From NCBI GenBank assembly GCA_046045965.1, contig JBJOKS010000019.1, forward strand, positions 1 through 64,000: DNA of 64,000 bases, read 5' to 3'. The first letter of the stretch is position 1. Every line of letters starts with the position of its first letter. The stretch is from Cyanobacteriota bacterium (GTDB lineage Bacteria > Cyanobacteriota > Cyanobacteriia > Cyanobacteriales > Nostocaceae). Under the pieces are notes generated by a model. That model did no database searches and had not been told where the DNA came from. It saw only the letters and a list, made by a program, of their open reading frames with translations. Positions 32,764 through 41,818 of this stretch are shown one piece after another. The translations under genes were made by a program, and so were the position numbers.

Positions 32764-33369
32764 ATGATGACATTTATTCGAGAAACTATCCGAGCAATGC
32801 GGATGATTTTATTAATTTGGTTGTTAACAGCAATTATTTATCCTTTGGCAATATTATGGTTTGGCCAGTTTGCCTTTCCTTCTTCAGCAAACGGCAGCGT
32901 TGTTTTAAATATAAACGCTGAACCAATTGGTTCATCTTTGATTGGTCAACTTTTTACATCAGATAAATATTTTCATGGTCGTCCTAGTGCTGTGAGATAT
33001 AGCCAAGGTAGAAAAGCTGAACCAACGGGTATATCTGGGGGAAGTAATCTTGCTGCTAGTAATTCAGAGCTAACTAATAGAATTATTGAGGAAGCAACTC
33101 AATTAGAAGATGAGAATATACAACCTGTGGCAGATTTAATTTACAAGTCTGGCTCCGGTTTAGACCCCCATATTTCTTGGAAAGCAACTCGACAGCAGTT
33201 AGCAAGAGTGGCACAGGCACGGGGAATTAAAGAAGATGAAATTATCCCTTTAATTAATAAGTATACTGATGGCAGATTTTTAGGTATTTTTGGTGAACCG
33301 GGAGTTAATGTTTTGCGTTTAAATTATGCTCTTGATTTGCAAGAAATCAACCGTAGGCAAAATCAATAA
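32764..33369 (+). CDS. kdpC: K+-transporting ATPase subunit C (operon 2)
   Basis: YFHGRPS, SGSGLDPHIS, VNVLRLNYALD. Confidence 0.95.
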   Translation: MMTFIRETIRAMRMILLIWLLTAIIYPLAILWFGQFAFPSSANGSVVLNINAEPIGSSLIGQLFTSDKYFHGRPSAVRYSQGRKAEPTGISGGSNLAASNSELTNRIIEEATQLEDENIQPVADLIYKSGSGLDPHISWKATRQQLARVAQARGIKEDEIIPLINKYTDGRFLGIFGEPGVNVLRLNYALDLQEINRRQNQ

Positions 33370-33413
33370 TTAGTCATTGGTCATTGGTCATTGGTCATTG
33401 GTCATTAGTTTAT

Positions 33414-33553
33414 ATGATTCCCAGCAGTGAAATACATTTAACATCTGCCAATTATATCTGTATTCGCGTAGAAGGGGAAAACACAAAATATTTATTGGTA
33501 TGGCTCCTGGGGTGGGCAAGACCTAGAGAATGTTTGATCAAGGTAACATTTAA
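33414..33553 (+). pseudogene. kdpD: Remnant of the 5' end of a second kdpD
   Basis: 33467-33553 reads RRRGKHKIFIGMAPGVGKT*RMFDQGNI*, nearly identical to the intact KdpD N-terminus. Confidence 0.85.
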
Positions 33554-33592
33554 GTTAAACTATTTTTTGCAATCACAATAGAATCTCTGTAA

Positions 33593-34794
33593 ATGCAACC
33601 GACTCGTGTTATAGGTTTAATGAGTGGCACATCTGTGGATGGTATAGATGCTGCCTTAGTAGATATCGTCGGTACAGATTTGGATCTCAAAGTTGAATTA
33701 ATAGCAGGGGAAACCTATCCTTATCCTGCTGAACTACGAGAAAAAATTTTGGCTATCTGTGCTGGTGAGGCGATGTCAATGGCAGAGTTGGCAGATATAG
33801 ATGATGCGATCGCTCTCGTTTTTGCCCAAGCTGCCCAAAATATTCAAGTTGGTTATCCACCTGCCACCCTTATTGGTTCCCACGGTCAAACAGTTTACCA
33901 CCGACCATTAGGATTTTCTACTTCAGGAAATATTGTTTCAGGAAATATTTTACCCAGTCCCCAGTCCCCAGTCCCCAATAAAGAGTCACTCGGTTACAGT
34001 TTACAACTTGGTCGGGGTGCTTTAATTTCGCGTTTGACAAGTATCACTACTATCAGTAATTTCCGTGTGGCTGATATTGCTATGGGTGGTCATGGTGCGC
34101 CTCTTGTTCCCAGGGTTGATGCCTATTTACTCAGTCATCCTCATGAGGGGCGTTGTATTCAAAATATAGGTGGTATTGGTAATGTTGCTTATCTGCCTCC
34201 ACGCCATGATAACTGGCTGTCTCAAATTCGCGGTTGGGATACAGGTCCAGGAAATAGTCTCTTGGATTTGGCGGTAGAGTATTTTACCAAGGGTGCTAAA
34301 AGTTACGATGAAAACGGCAGTTGGGCAGCTAGTGGTACTCCCTGTGATCCATTGGTAGAAAAATGGCTAAGTCAAGATTACTTTCATTTACCACCCCCTA
34401 AATCTACAGGGCGTGAGTTATTTGGTTTAACTTATCTACATCAGTGTTTACAGGATTGCCAAGCCTACCAACTCAGCACAGCAGATGTGCTGGCAACAAT
34501 TACAGAACTGACAGCAGCTTCGATTGTTCATAGTTACCGTACTTTTTTACCGCGAATGCCAGAACGGGTATTATTATGTGGGGGCGGTAGTCGGAATCTT
34601 TACTTAAAAAATAGGTTAGAGTTATTGTTAGGTTCAGTAGCAGTTTTAACTACAGATGAAGTTGGCTTAAGTGCAGCGTTTAAAGAAGCGATCGCTTTCG
34701 CTGTTTTAGCCTACTGGAGACAGTTAGGTATTCCTGGTAATTTACCTACTGCGACTGGAGCAGATCAAGAAGTGGTTTTAGGAGAAGTACATCA

Positions 34795-34813
<19 letters not shown>
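33593..34813 (+). CDS. anmK: Anhydro-N-acetylmuramic acid kinase
   Basis: [44 protein letters not shown]. Confidence 0.96.
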
Positions 34814-34950
<137 letters not shown>

Positions 34951-34994
34951 CTCCTAAGATTATTGTTGTTGAAAAAATCAAAGGAAATTACAAG

Positions 34995-35441
34995 GTGACT
35001 CACAGTTTTTTGTTGGAACCAGGACGCTGGATCATGCAAGGAAGTTGGCTGGAAAGGAATAGTCTGCCGATCAGCTTTAAGGGGATGACTTTGGTAGTTT
35101 GGGATCGTGATGACTGGTTTTCTATGGCCACAAAGTTGATATTTCCTGGTAGCGATCGCTCAGAAATATCTTGCCAATACAAAGGAAGACTGCATGATGG
35201 CGAGCGCCAATATACTTTTTTACTCCAGCACAATATATTGGGACAAATTGAAGGGGAAGGTTGGATTTGTCCAGATACCATAGTACAACGTTATTGGGTG
35301 CTAGGCGATCGCGAACGTCGCAGCGGTTTTGAAACTCTACACCAGATTTCAGAGGATCATTATTACCTTACTAGTGGTATCCTAGCCGGTCATTTTCTCA
35401 CCAGTACGATGGAGGCCAGTCTAGAACGTCAGCCCCAATAA
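34995..35441 (+). CDS. Conserved hypothetical protein
   Basis: 148 aa, GTG start, beta-rich, upstream of the kinase. Confidence 0.75.
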   Translation: MTHSFLLEPGRWIMQGSWLERNSLPISFKGMTLVVWDRDDWFSMATKLIFPGSDRSEISCQYKGRLHDGERQYTFLLQHNILGQIEGEGWICPDTIVQRYWVLGDRERRSGFETLHQISEDHYYLTSGILAGHFLTSTMEASLERQPQ

Positions 35442-35510
35442 GTATATTCATCGTCTTATGGCAGCAGCCTATTTCATCCACGATTTTTGAACAATAGAGT
35501 CGATTTTTTT

Positions 35511-37109
35511 ATGTCAGACCCCAACACTGGTCGCTTACTCAGCAACCGCTACCAGCTGCAAGAGTTAATTGGTACTGGAGCCATGGGACGAGTGTATCGT
35601 GCTAAGGATATTTTGTTGGGAGGTGTACCTGTTGCTATCAAGTTTCTTGCTTTATCCCTCCAAAATGAAAAAATGCGTTTGCAAGAACGTTTTGAGCGAG
35701 AAGCAAAAACCTGTGCTTTACTAGGTCAAAAAAATATTCATATCGTCCGCGTGATGGACTATGGCGTAGATGAACATAACACCCCATACTACGTTATGGA
35801 ATATTTGCAAGGACAAAGCTTAAGCACTGTCATCCGCAGCCAAAATCTTTCTCTATCTAGATTCCTAAGCATGGCACGGCAGATCTGCCTGGGTTTACAG
35901 TCTGCTCACAATGGTATCCCCGTAGATGGAGTTATCTGCCCTATTATTCATCGTGATATTAAGCCGAGCAATATGCTGGTGATTCAAGATCCCAGTTTTG
36001 GTGAATTAGTCAAGGTCTTAGACTTTGGAATTGCCAAGTTAGTGATGTCGGATAGTGATCAGACGAAATTTTATTTGGGTACTCTGGCTTATTCTTCTCC
36101 TGAACAAATTGAGGGCAAAGAACTAGACAGTCGCTCTGATATTTATAGTTTGGGTGTGATGATGTTTGAAATGCTCACAACTAAGATGCCACTCATCCCA
36201 TCAACTCATTCTTTTGGAGCCTGGTATCAAACCCATAAATTTCAAAAACCCATGTCTTTTGCTGAGGCTAATCCTAAATTAAAAATACCAAAGCAAGTAC
36301 AAGATTTGGTAATGAGTTGTTTGGAAAAAAAACCCAGCGATCGCCCCCAAGCTATCAAGGAAATTCTTAATGTTTTAGTAGCCGCAGAACAGCAAAACAA
36401 AATCAGTCAATCAAATAGTCAAAATATTCCTGCATCCACGCAAAACTTAATCACTCAGCCGCAGCCTGAAAACAAGGGGAGAATTGAACGACGGGTATCA
36501 TCGATACCTGAAAAAATACTCAAAACTGACCTGCCGTTATCCGCAATCAATGATGATATTACTCGGTTGCTTTCTTGGCCAGCAAATAAACCAATTGCTG
36601 ATATTGTTTTTCCCCAACCTATTGATACCAATGGTGAATTTTCTCCAGCCTTGTGGGTGATGCTCCCTCAACAGGAAATTCAAAAGCGTTTAATTTGTAC
36701 TCGCTACAATCAATTCCTGTTTCTTTCTCTTCCCCATCCAATGGTGTTATGGATTACAGTCATCTACAACCGTGAACATGGGGCTAAATGGTTGCCTTAC
36801 TACCTTGATCTCAAAACCAGTTTCGGTCAGGAAATCATTCGCTTGCTACATTATACAGGTTTTTATCGCTTGTTGTTTTTTGCCCGAGAAACACCCAGCC
36901 GCTGTAATCATGTTCTACTTTCCAGTATTGCTCCCATTCAACGTGAACGACTGCAAGAGTGGTTAGAAATCAGCAAGGTATCTACATCTTCTACTGATGC
37001 CCAAATTAGTAAAAATTTGCTGAAACAGGAGTATGAAAAGATTAAACAGCAAATCTTAATCAAACTACAAACAATTGATACTGGTTCATCTTTTGACATA
37101 TCTGGTTAA
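35511..37109 (+). CDS. Ser/Thr protein kinase
   Basis: GTGAMG, VAIK, HRDIKPSN, DFG, SPEQ. Confidence 0.94.
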   Translation: MSDPNTGRLLSNRYQLQELIGTGAMGRVYRAKDILLGGVPVAIKFLALSLQNEKMRLQERFEREAKTCALLGQKNIHIVRVMDYGVDEHNTPYYVMEYLQGQSLSTVIRSQNLSLSRFLSMARQICLGLQSAHNGIPVDGVICPIIHRDIKPSNMLVIQDPSFGELVKVLDFGIAKLVMSDSDQTKFYLGTLAYSSPEQIEGKELDSRSDIYSLGVMMFEMLTTKMPLIPSTHSFGAWYQTHKFQKPMSFAEANPKLKIPKQVQDLVMSCLEKKPSDRPQAIKEILNVLVAAEQQNKISQSNSQNIPASTQNLITQPQPENKGRIERRVSSIPEKILKTDLPLSAINDDITRLLSWPANKPIADIVFPQPIDTNGEFSPALWVMLPQQEIQKRLICTRYNQFLFLSLPHPMVLWITVIYNREHGAKWLPYYLDLKTSFGQEIIRLLHYTGFYRLLFFARETPSRCNHVLLSSIAPIQRERLQEWLEISKVSTSSTDAQISKNLLKQEYEKIKQQILIKLQTIDTGSSFDISG

Positions 37110-37494
37110 AGTTCAATTAAATATATTAAAATCAGTATATATGTTGTCAGAGTAATTTATTCAAAAAAAGTAAACTTTTGTAAAGAAAATCTCTTGATGA
37201 ACCTAAATTATAGTTATATAAAATGGAAAGCTGAATCAGACTAGAGATTTGCTCTGGTAGGATGAGAGGGTATTGTAAAACTTCGGCGAATTTATAGACA
37301 ATGGTAGTTTGAATATTTTACATAAAGTAGTCCCTACAGCGTTATTCCCGGCAAACCAAAGGCATGAGATATTTGTCTATGTTTTTTGGAAATATTGGTG
37401 ATCGAAGTTGACGCCCCAACATCCCCAGCTTTTTTCCTCTGCGGGAACCAAGCAAGAGAAGGAGGTCGCCCACTGCGACAAAAGCAACCTTACT

Positions 37495-37692
37495 CTATGC
37501 CATAGTGGAACCTGAGTCTAATCCCCACTGATGCTTGAGAAGCTCTTTATAAGTTGCTTCCCGTACAACCATCTGCTCATAGAGTTTAACTAAAAACTCT
37601 TGTGCTTGTTCATGGCTCATTTCCCTAACTTGTGTAGCAAATGAACGGATGTTAAATTGCTGTTCCAAGGAAAGCTCAATTGGTTGATTCAT
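37495..37692 (-). CDS. nblA: Phycobilisome degradation protein
   Basis: LSLEQQFNIRSFATQV..MSHEQA..FL..LYEQM. Confidence 0.95.
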   Translation of the reverse strand: MNQPIELSLEQQFNIRSFATQVREMSHEQAQEFLVKLYEQMVVREATYKELLKHQWGLDSGSTMA

Positions 37693-38143
37693 AGTTAAAA
37701 CCTAAAAAACAACTCGTAAAAGTGATATCGGTGACAGAAAACCCAATTGGGTAATGCTTCGGCTGATATTGTCCTCAACATTTGTTTGTCCCACTATATT
37801 AAGAAAGATAACAATTGTTTGACAAATTGCCCATTCCCATGAGGTTGTTTTTTCCTGTTTCTGTATCTTGCACTTAAACCTACTAAGATACACACCCGGT
37901 TTACCAAGGTAGATTGTGAGTCAATAGACCTATAGAAAAATCGAGGTGTTTTACAGTAGACTCTGTTTGGGGTTAATTTCTATCCTTGCGGTTGGGATTG
38001 ACAAGGATGAGAGGTAAAAAATATCAATTTCCTAAATTATGAAAATTTAGCCTCATCAGGTGAATTGAGAGACTTAAAGATATTTTTAGCAATTTGCAAA
38101 CATAAAAAATGCTCAAATTGAACAAAATGATAAGTATATTTAC

Positions 38144-38306
38144 CAAAAACAGGGGTTTAAAGCCTCGCCCTTGAGGGCGACTTTTTGATAGAATGGAACA
38201 AACAGGCAGGGCATTGTCTGTTGGGCGAGACAGTGTAAGACGGGGATTCCTGCAACTGTTGTTTGAACCCAGAATCTCCGCGCTTCTAGGGCGGGGAGTC
38301 TGTCAA
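38144..38306 (+). mobile_element. Non-autonomous IS200/IS605-family mini-element (163 bp)
   Basis: Follows TTAC; left-end hairpin TCGCCCTTGAGGGCGA; right end GAATCTCCGCGCTTCTAGGGCGGGGAGTCTGTCAA; no ORF. Confidence 0.75.
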
Positions 38307-38399
38307 TATTAGTTATGACTCATCGGGGAGATGGGGAGATGGGTGGTTAATAAGCCAATTACCAATCACCTATTCCCTGTTCCCTGACTACTGACTAAA

Positions 38400-39134
38400 T
38401 TAAGAATTTTCCTCGACAGCGACAAGGACGACAGTGATGTTGTCATGTCCACCTTGCTCTTTTGCGGCTTTAACTAGAGAGCCGACAGCTTTATCTAGGA
38501 CAGGAAAATCTTCGAGACAGCTTTTAATCTTTTGCTCGACGAGTTCTTCAGTGAGTCCATCACTACATAAAAGTAAGCGATCGCCAACTTTTATATCTAG
38601 TGGTTGTCGATCAACTTGATGCAAGTCTTCACGTCCCAAACAGCGTGATAAAACATGACGATAGGGATGTAACCTAGCTTCTTCAGGGGTGATATCGCCA
38701 ATTTTGATAGCTCTGGCTATCCACGTATGATCTTCTGTGATTTGCTCTAGTTGGGATTCCCGATAACGGTATAGTCTTGAATCGCCGACGTGAGCGCACC
38801 AAGGTGGTTCTGAGTCACGGAAAACTACAACAACAACAGTAGTTCCCATATCAGCACGTTCAGGATGATTTTGCTGATCCTGCAAAATTCCTGCATTAGC
38901 TTTCCATAAAGCTTGTTCTAATAATTCTGGTGTAGGTTTGGAAGACTGCCAATTTTCTTCTAAATACGCCCGAATTTCTTGGGCTGCAATGCGACTGGCT
39001 TGCTCTCCTCCTGCATGACCACCCATACCGTCAGCAACTATAAAAAATCGCCCTTCAGGGTCTATATAGTAAGCATCTTGATTATTAGAACGAATAAGTC
39101 CCGGATCAGTAGAACCCGTGAAGTTAAGTTTCAT
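38400..39134 (-). CDS. PP2C-family Ser/Thr phosphatase (PphA-like)
   Basis: NQDA, VADGMGG, MGTT, VGDSR, CSDGL, DNIT. Confidence 0.93.
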   Translation of the reverse strand: MKLNFTGSTDPGLIRSNNQDAYYIDPEGRFFIVADGMGGHAGGEQASRIAAQEIRAYLEENWQSSKPTPELLEQALWKANAGILQDQQNHPERADMGTTVVVVVFRDSEPPWCAHVGDSRLYRYRESQLEQITEDHTWIARAIKIGDITPEEARLHPYRHVLSRCLGREDLHQVDRQPLDIKVGDRLLLCSDGLTEELVEQKIKSCLEDFPVLDKAVGSLVKAAKEQGGHDNITVVLVAVEENS

Positions 39135-39152
39135 AAATTTTGTTGGCAATAA

Positions 39153-40838
39153 TTAATACTTTTGATCATAACGGTCAAGGCGTGAAATTAGGCGGAGAAG
39201 GATGAATGAGACTCCGGCGGCAATTAAACCAGCGATCGCGGCTAACCATACATAATGATTAACCAAGAGAATAGTAGCTGAAACAGTAAAACCACTGATG
39301 ATCAAAGCATAACTCATTCCCATCTGAATATTACTCTGTCTTCTTAACAGACGTTCTGTTTCTACAGAGCGAACCCGCAGACGAATATCACCTCGTTCTA
39401 GTTTATCTAAAGTATCTTCTAATCGACGTGGTAGACCTAAAGCAGTGCTACTGACTTGTACTGCTTGACGACTTAATTCATTCAAAAAGCTATTCCCCTC
39501 TAAACCACTATTGTTAGTCATAAGCTCCATTGCATAAGGCTGGGCAACTTCCATAAAATTAAATTCAGGATCTAAACCCTTACCTACCCCTTCCAGGGTA
39601 GAAAAAGCCCGCATGACAAAAGTGAAAGTTGCTGGAAATCGGAATGGTTGATTGTAAGCTATTTCATACAGGTCTTCGCTGATGGCGGCCACTGATTGGG
39701 TTTCAAAGGGTTTATCCATGAAGTTATCCAGCATATACTGGACTGAACGCCGCACCGGACCCATATCGTCCACTGGTGCGATCGCTCCCAAGTCAATGAG
39801 AGACTGAACTACGCGATCTCCATCTTTTTGAGCGATACCAAACAAAGTTTCCATAAGTCCTTCACGGACATTGGATTTAATTGTTCCCATCATCCCAAAA
39901 TCGTAGAAAATCAAAGCACCATCGGCACTAACAGCCAGATTACCAGGGTGGGGATCGGCGTGGAAGAAACCATTATTGAGTAATTGATGTAAATATGCTT
40001 GAGCGCCATAACGAGCGATCGCTTTCCGATCCACACCCGCAGCTTCTAAAGCCTCATATTGGCTAACTTTAATCCCCGGCACATATTCCAAACTAATTAC
40101 CCTGGAAGTAGTATAACGCCAGTAAACCCTGGGTACTTTCACCCAGTTATAAGCGCGGAAATTGCGGCGAAAAGTATCAGCATTGCGTCCTTCACCCAAG
40201 TAATCAATTTCTTCCCAGAGAATGCGACAACATTCTTCATAAATGCCCATCCAATCTCTTCCCTTTCCCCATTTAGGATGGTTTTGGAAGTAACGAGCAA
40301 TACCCTTGAGAATTTGTAAATCAATTTCAAACAGCTTCTTGAGTCCCGGACGTTGCACCTTAACAACTACTGATTCTCCAGAATGTAGCACAGCTTTATG
40401 AACTTGTCCCAAACTAGCAGCAGCAAGGGGAACAGGTTCAAAACTGTGGAATAGTTCAGGAATTTTTTTACCTAATTCTTGTTCAATAATTGCCTCTACT
40501 TGCTCATAGCTAAAAGCTGGTACTCTATCTTGTAATTTCGATAATTCTTCGACATATTCACCAGGGAAGATATCAGCACGGGTAGAAAACAACTGGCCAA
40601 CTTTAATAAAAGTCGGACCCAAATCCAAAAACGTATTTCTAATCCAAATTGCTTGGGCTTTCCGTCTAGCAGCTTGCTTTGCTTCCGTTAAACCACCAGG
40701 GTAACTCCAAGCCTTATTATACCGCCAAATTTTGAACATAAAGGTCAAAACAAAAGACCAAATATCTACAAAACGGCGCTTGCTAGAGTATTTCTCCCGA
40801 TTCCAACGGTAAGCTTTATCTGAATAACCTTGTTCCAT
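39153..40838 (-). CDS. ABC1/UbiB (AarF) atypical kinase
   Basis: LGPTFIKVGQ, AAASLGQVH, VKVQRP, HADPHPGN, DFG. Confidence 0.94.
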   Translation of the reverse strand: MEQGYSDKAYRWNREKYSSKRRFVDIWSFVLTFMFKIWRYNKAWSYPGGLTEAKQAARRKAQAIWIRNTFLDLGPTFIKVGQLFSTRADIFPGEYVEELSKLQDRVPAFSYEQVEAIIEQELGKKIPELFHSFEPVPLAAASLGQVHKAVLHSGESVVVKVQRPGLKKLFEIDLQILKGIARYFQNHPKWGKGRDWMGIYEECCRILWEEIDYLGEGRNADTFRRNFRAYNWVKVPRVYWRYTTSRVISLEYVPGIKVSQYEALEAAGVDRKAIARYGAQAYLHQLLNNGFFHADPHPGNLAVSADGALIFYDFGMMGTIKSNVREGLMETLFGIAQKDGDRVVQSLIDLGAIAPVDDMGPVRRSVQYMLDNFMDKPFETQSVAAISEDLYEIAYNQPFRFPATFTFVMRAFSTLEGVGKGLDPEFNFMEVAQPYAMELMTNNSGLEGNSFLNELSRQAVQVSSTALGLPRRLEDTLDKLERGDIRLRVRSVETERLLRRQSNIQMGMSYALIISGFTVSATILLVNHYVWLAAIAGLIAAGVSFILLRLISRLDRYDQKY

Positions 40839-40934
40839 ATTTTTTTGTACCGTTGGGTATTCACCAAATCTCCAGTAAGAACAGACACTTTCTAAGTTTT
40901 TTTGATTAATAGGGTTGGGGGCTGGGGAGAAATC

Positions 40935-41055
40935 AAGTCAAAAGTCAAAAGTCAAAAGTCAAAAGTCAAAAGTCAAAAATTATAGATAGCTTCTGCCTTC
41001 TGCCTTTTGCCTCCTGCCTCATGCCTTCTGTTCCCTGTTCCCTGTTCCCTGTTCC
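40935..41055. repeat. STRR cluster (AAGTCAA, TGCCTTC, CCTGTTC)n
   Basis: Seen directly. Confidence 0.9.
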
Positions 41056-41061
41056 CTTTAT

Positions 41062-41385
41062 CTATTTTGACGTACTGCGATATTTTTGCAGTTCGGTTCT
41101 TAATAAGGCTATTTCTGCTCTTAATTCGTCTATTTCAGCCTGTAAGTCTGTTGAACCTACTCCTGATGCACTATTACCCGTAGTTGTTCCAGCTTCGGCT
41201 GCTTCAGCTGCCCGATTAGCTCGTGCTATTACTTCCTCTGTAAACTGGTGTAGCTGCTCTCTGGCTTCAGCATCAAATTTACCCAGTTCGCTCAACGCGT
41301 CAGTCAAGGCGACTTCTACGCGCTCATTAATTACTTCAGCTACTGCTCTGCCTACAAAAAAGGCTTGCACAAGGGGATTACTCAT
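41062..41385 (-). CDS. Conserved coiled-coil hypothetical protein
   Basis: AFFVGRAVAE...DLQAEIDELRAEIA; upstream of the ABC1 kinase. Confidence 0.8.
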   Translation of the reverse strand: MSNPLVQAFFVGRAVAEVINERVEVALTDALSELGKFDAEAREQLHQFTEEVIARANRAAEAAEAGTTTGNSASGVGSTDLQAEIDELRAEIALLRTELQKYRSTSK

Positions 41386-41818
41386 AAATTTTTGTAAAGT
41401 TGCTCCGCAAGAAAATTATAACTTGCATTTCGCATCAGGTGTTGACCATATTCAAGAGTTTATCAGTATTGGCTTGCTGATGAATCTGTATAATTTTAGC
41501 TTGTAATTTCTCAAATACTGGAAGTATTAAATAATTTTGATATCTAAATAATTATGAATAAATACGTAAATATTTGTTGCAATATATTTAATTTCTACTA
41601 AATATCTATTAGTTCAATTTAAATTAAGTAAAATAATTAAATGGTCACAATCAGGATATCCAAGATTAGAGGATTTACAGGATTAAATATCAAACATTAA
41701 ACGCAGATGAACGCAGATAAACGCAGATGATTTTTACCTCATTATCAGAATTTCCAGGATTTAAGAATTTACAGGATAGTAATTGATTAATTTTTGGTTG
41801 TTTTTTTTAAGGTTTACT

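Noticed and set aside
33384..33581. 65-aa ORF
   Set aside because: It starts in an STRR and is an off-frame reading of the kdpD remnant.
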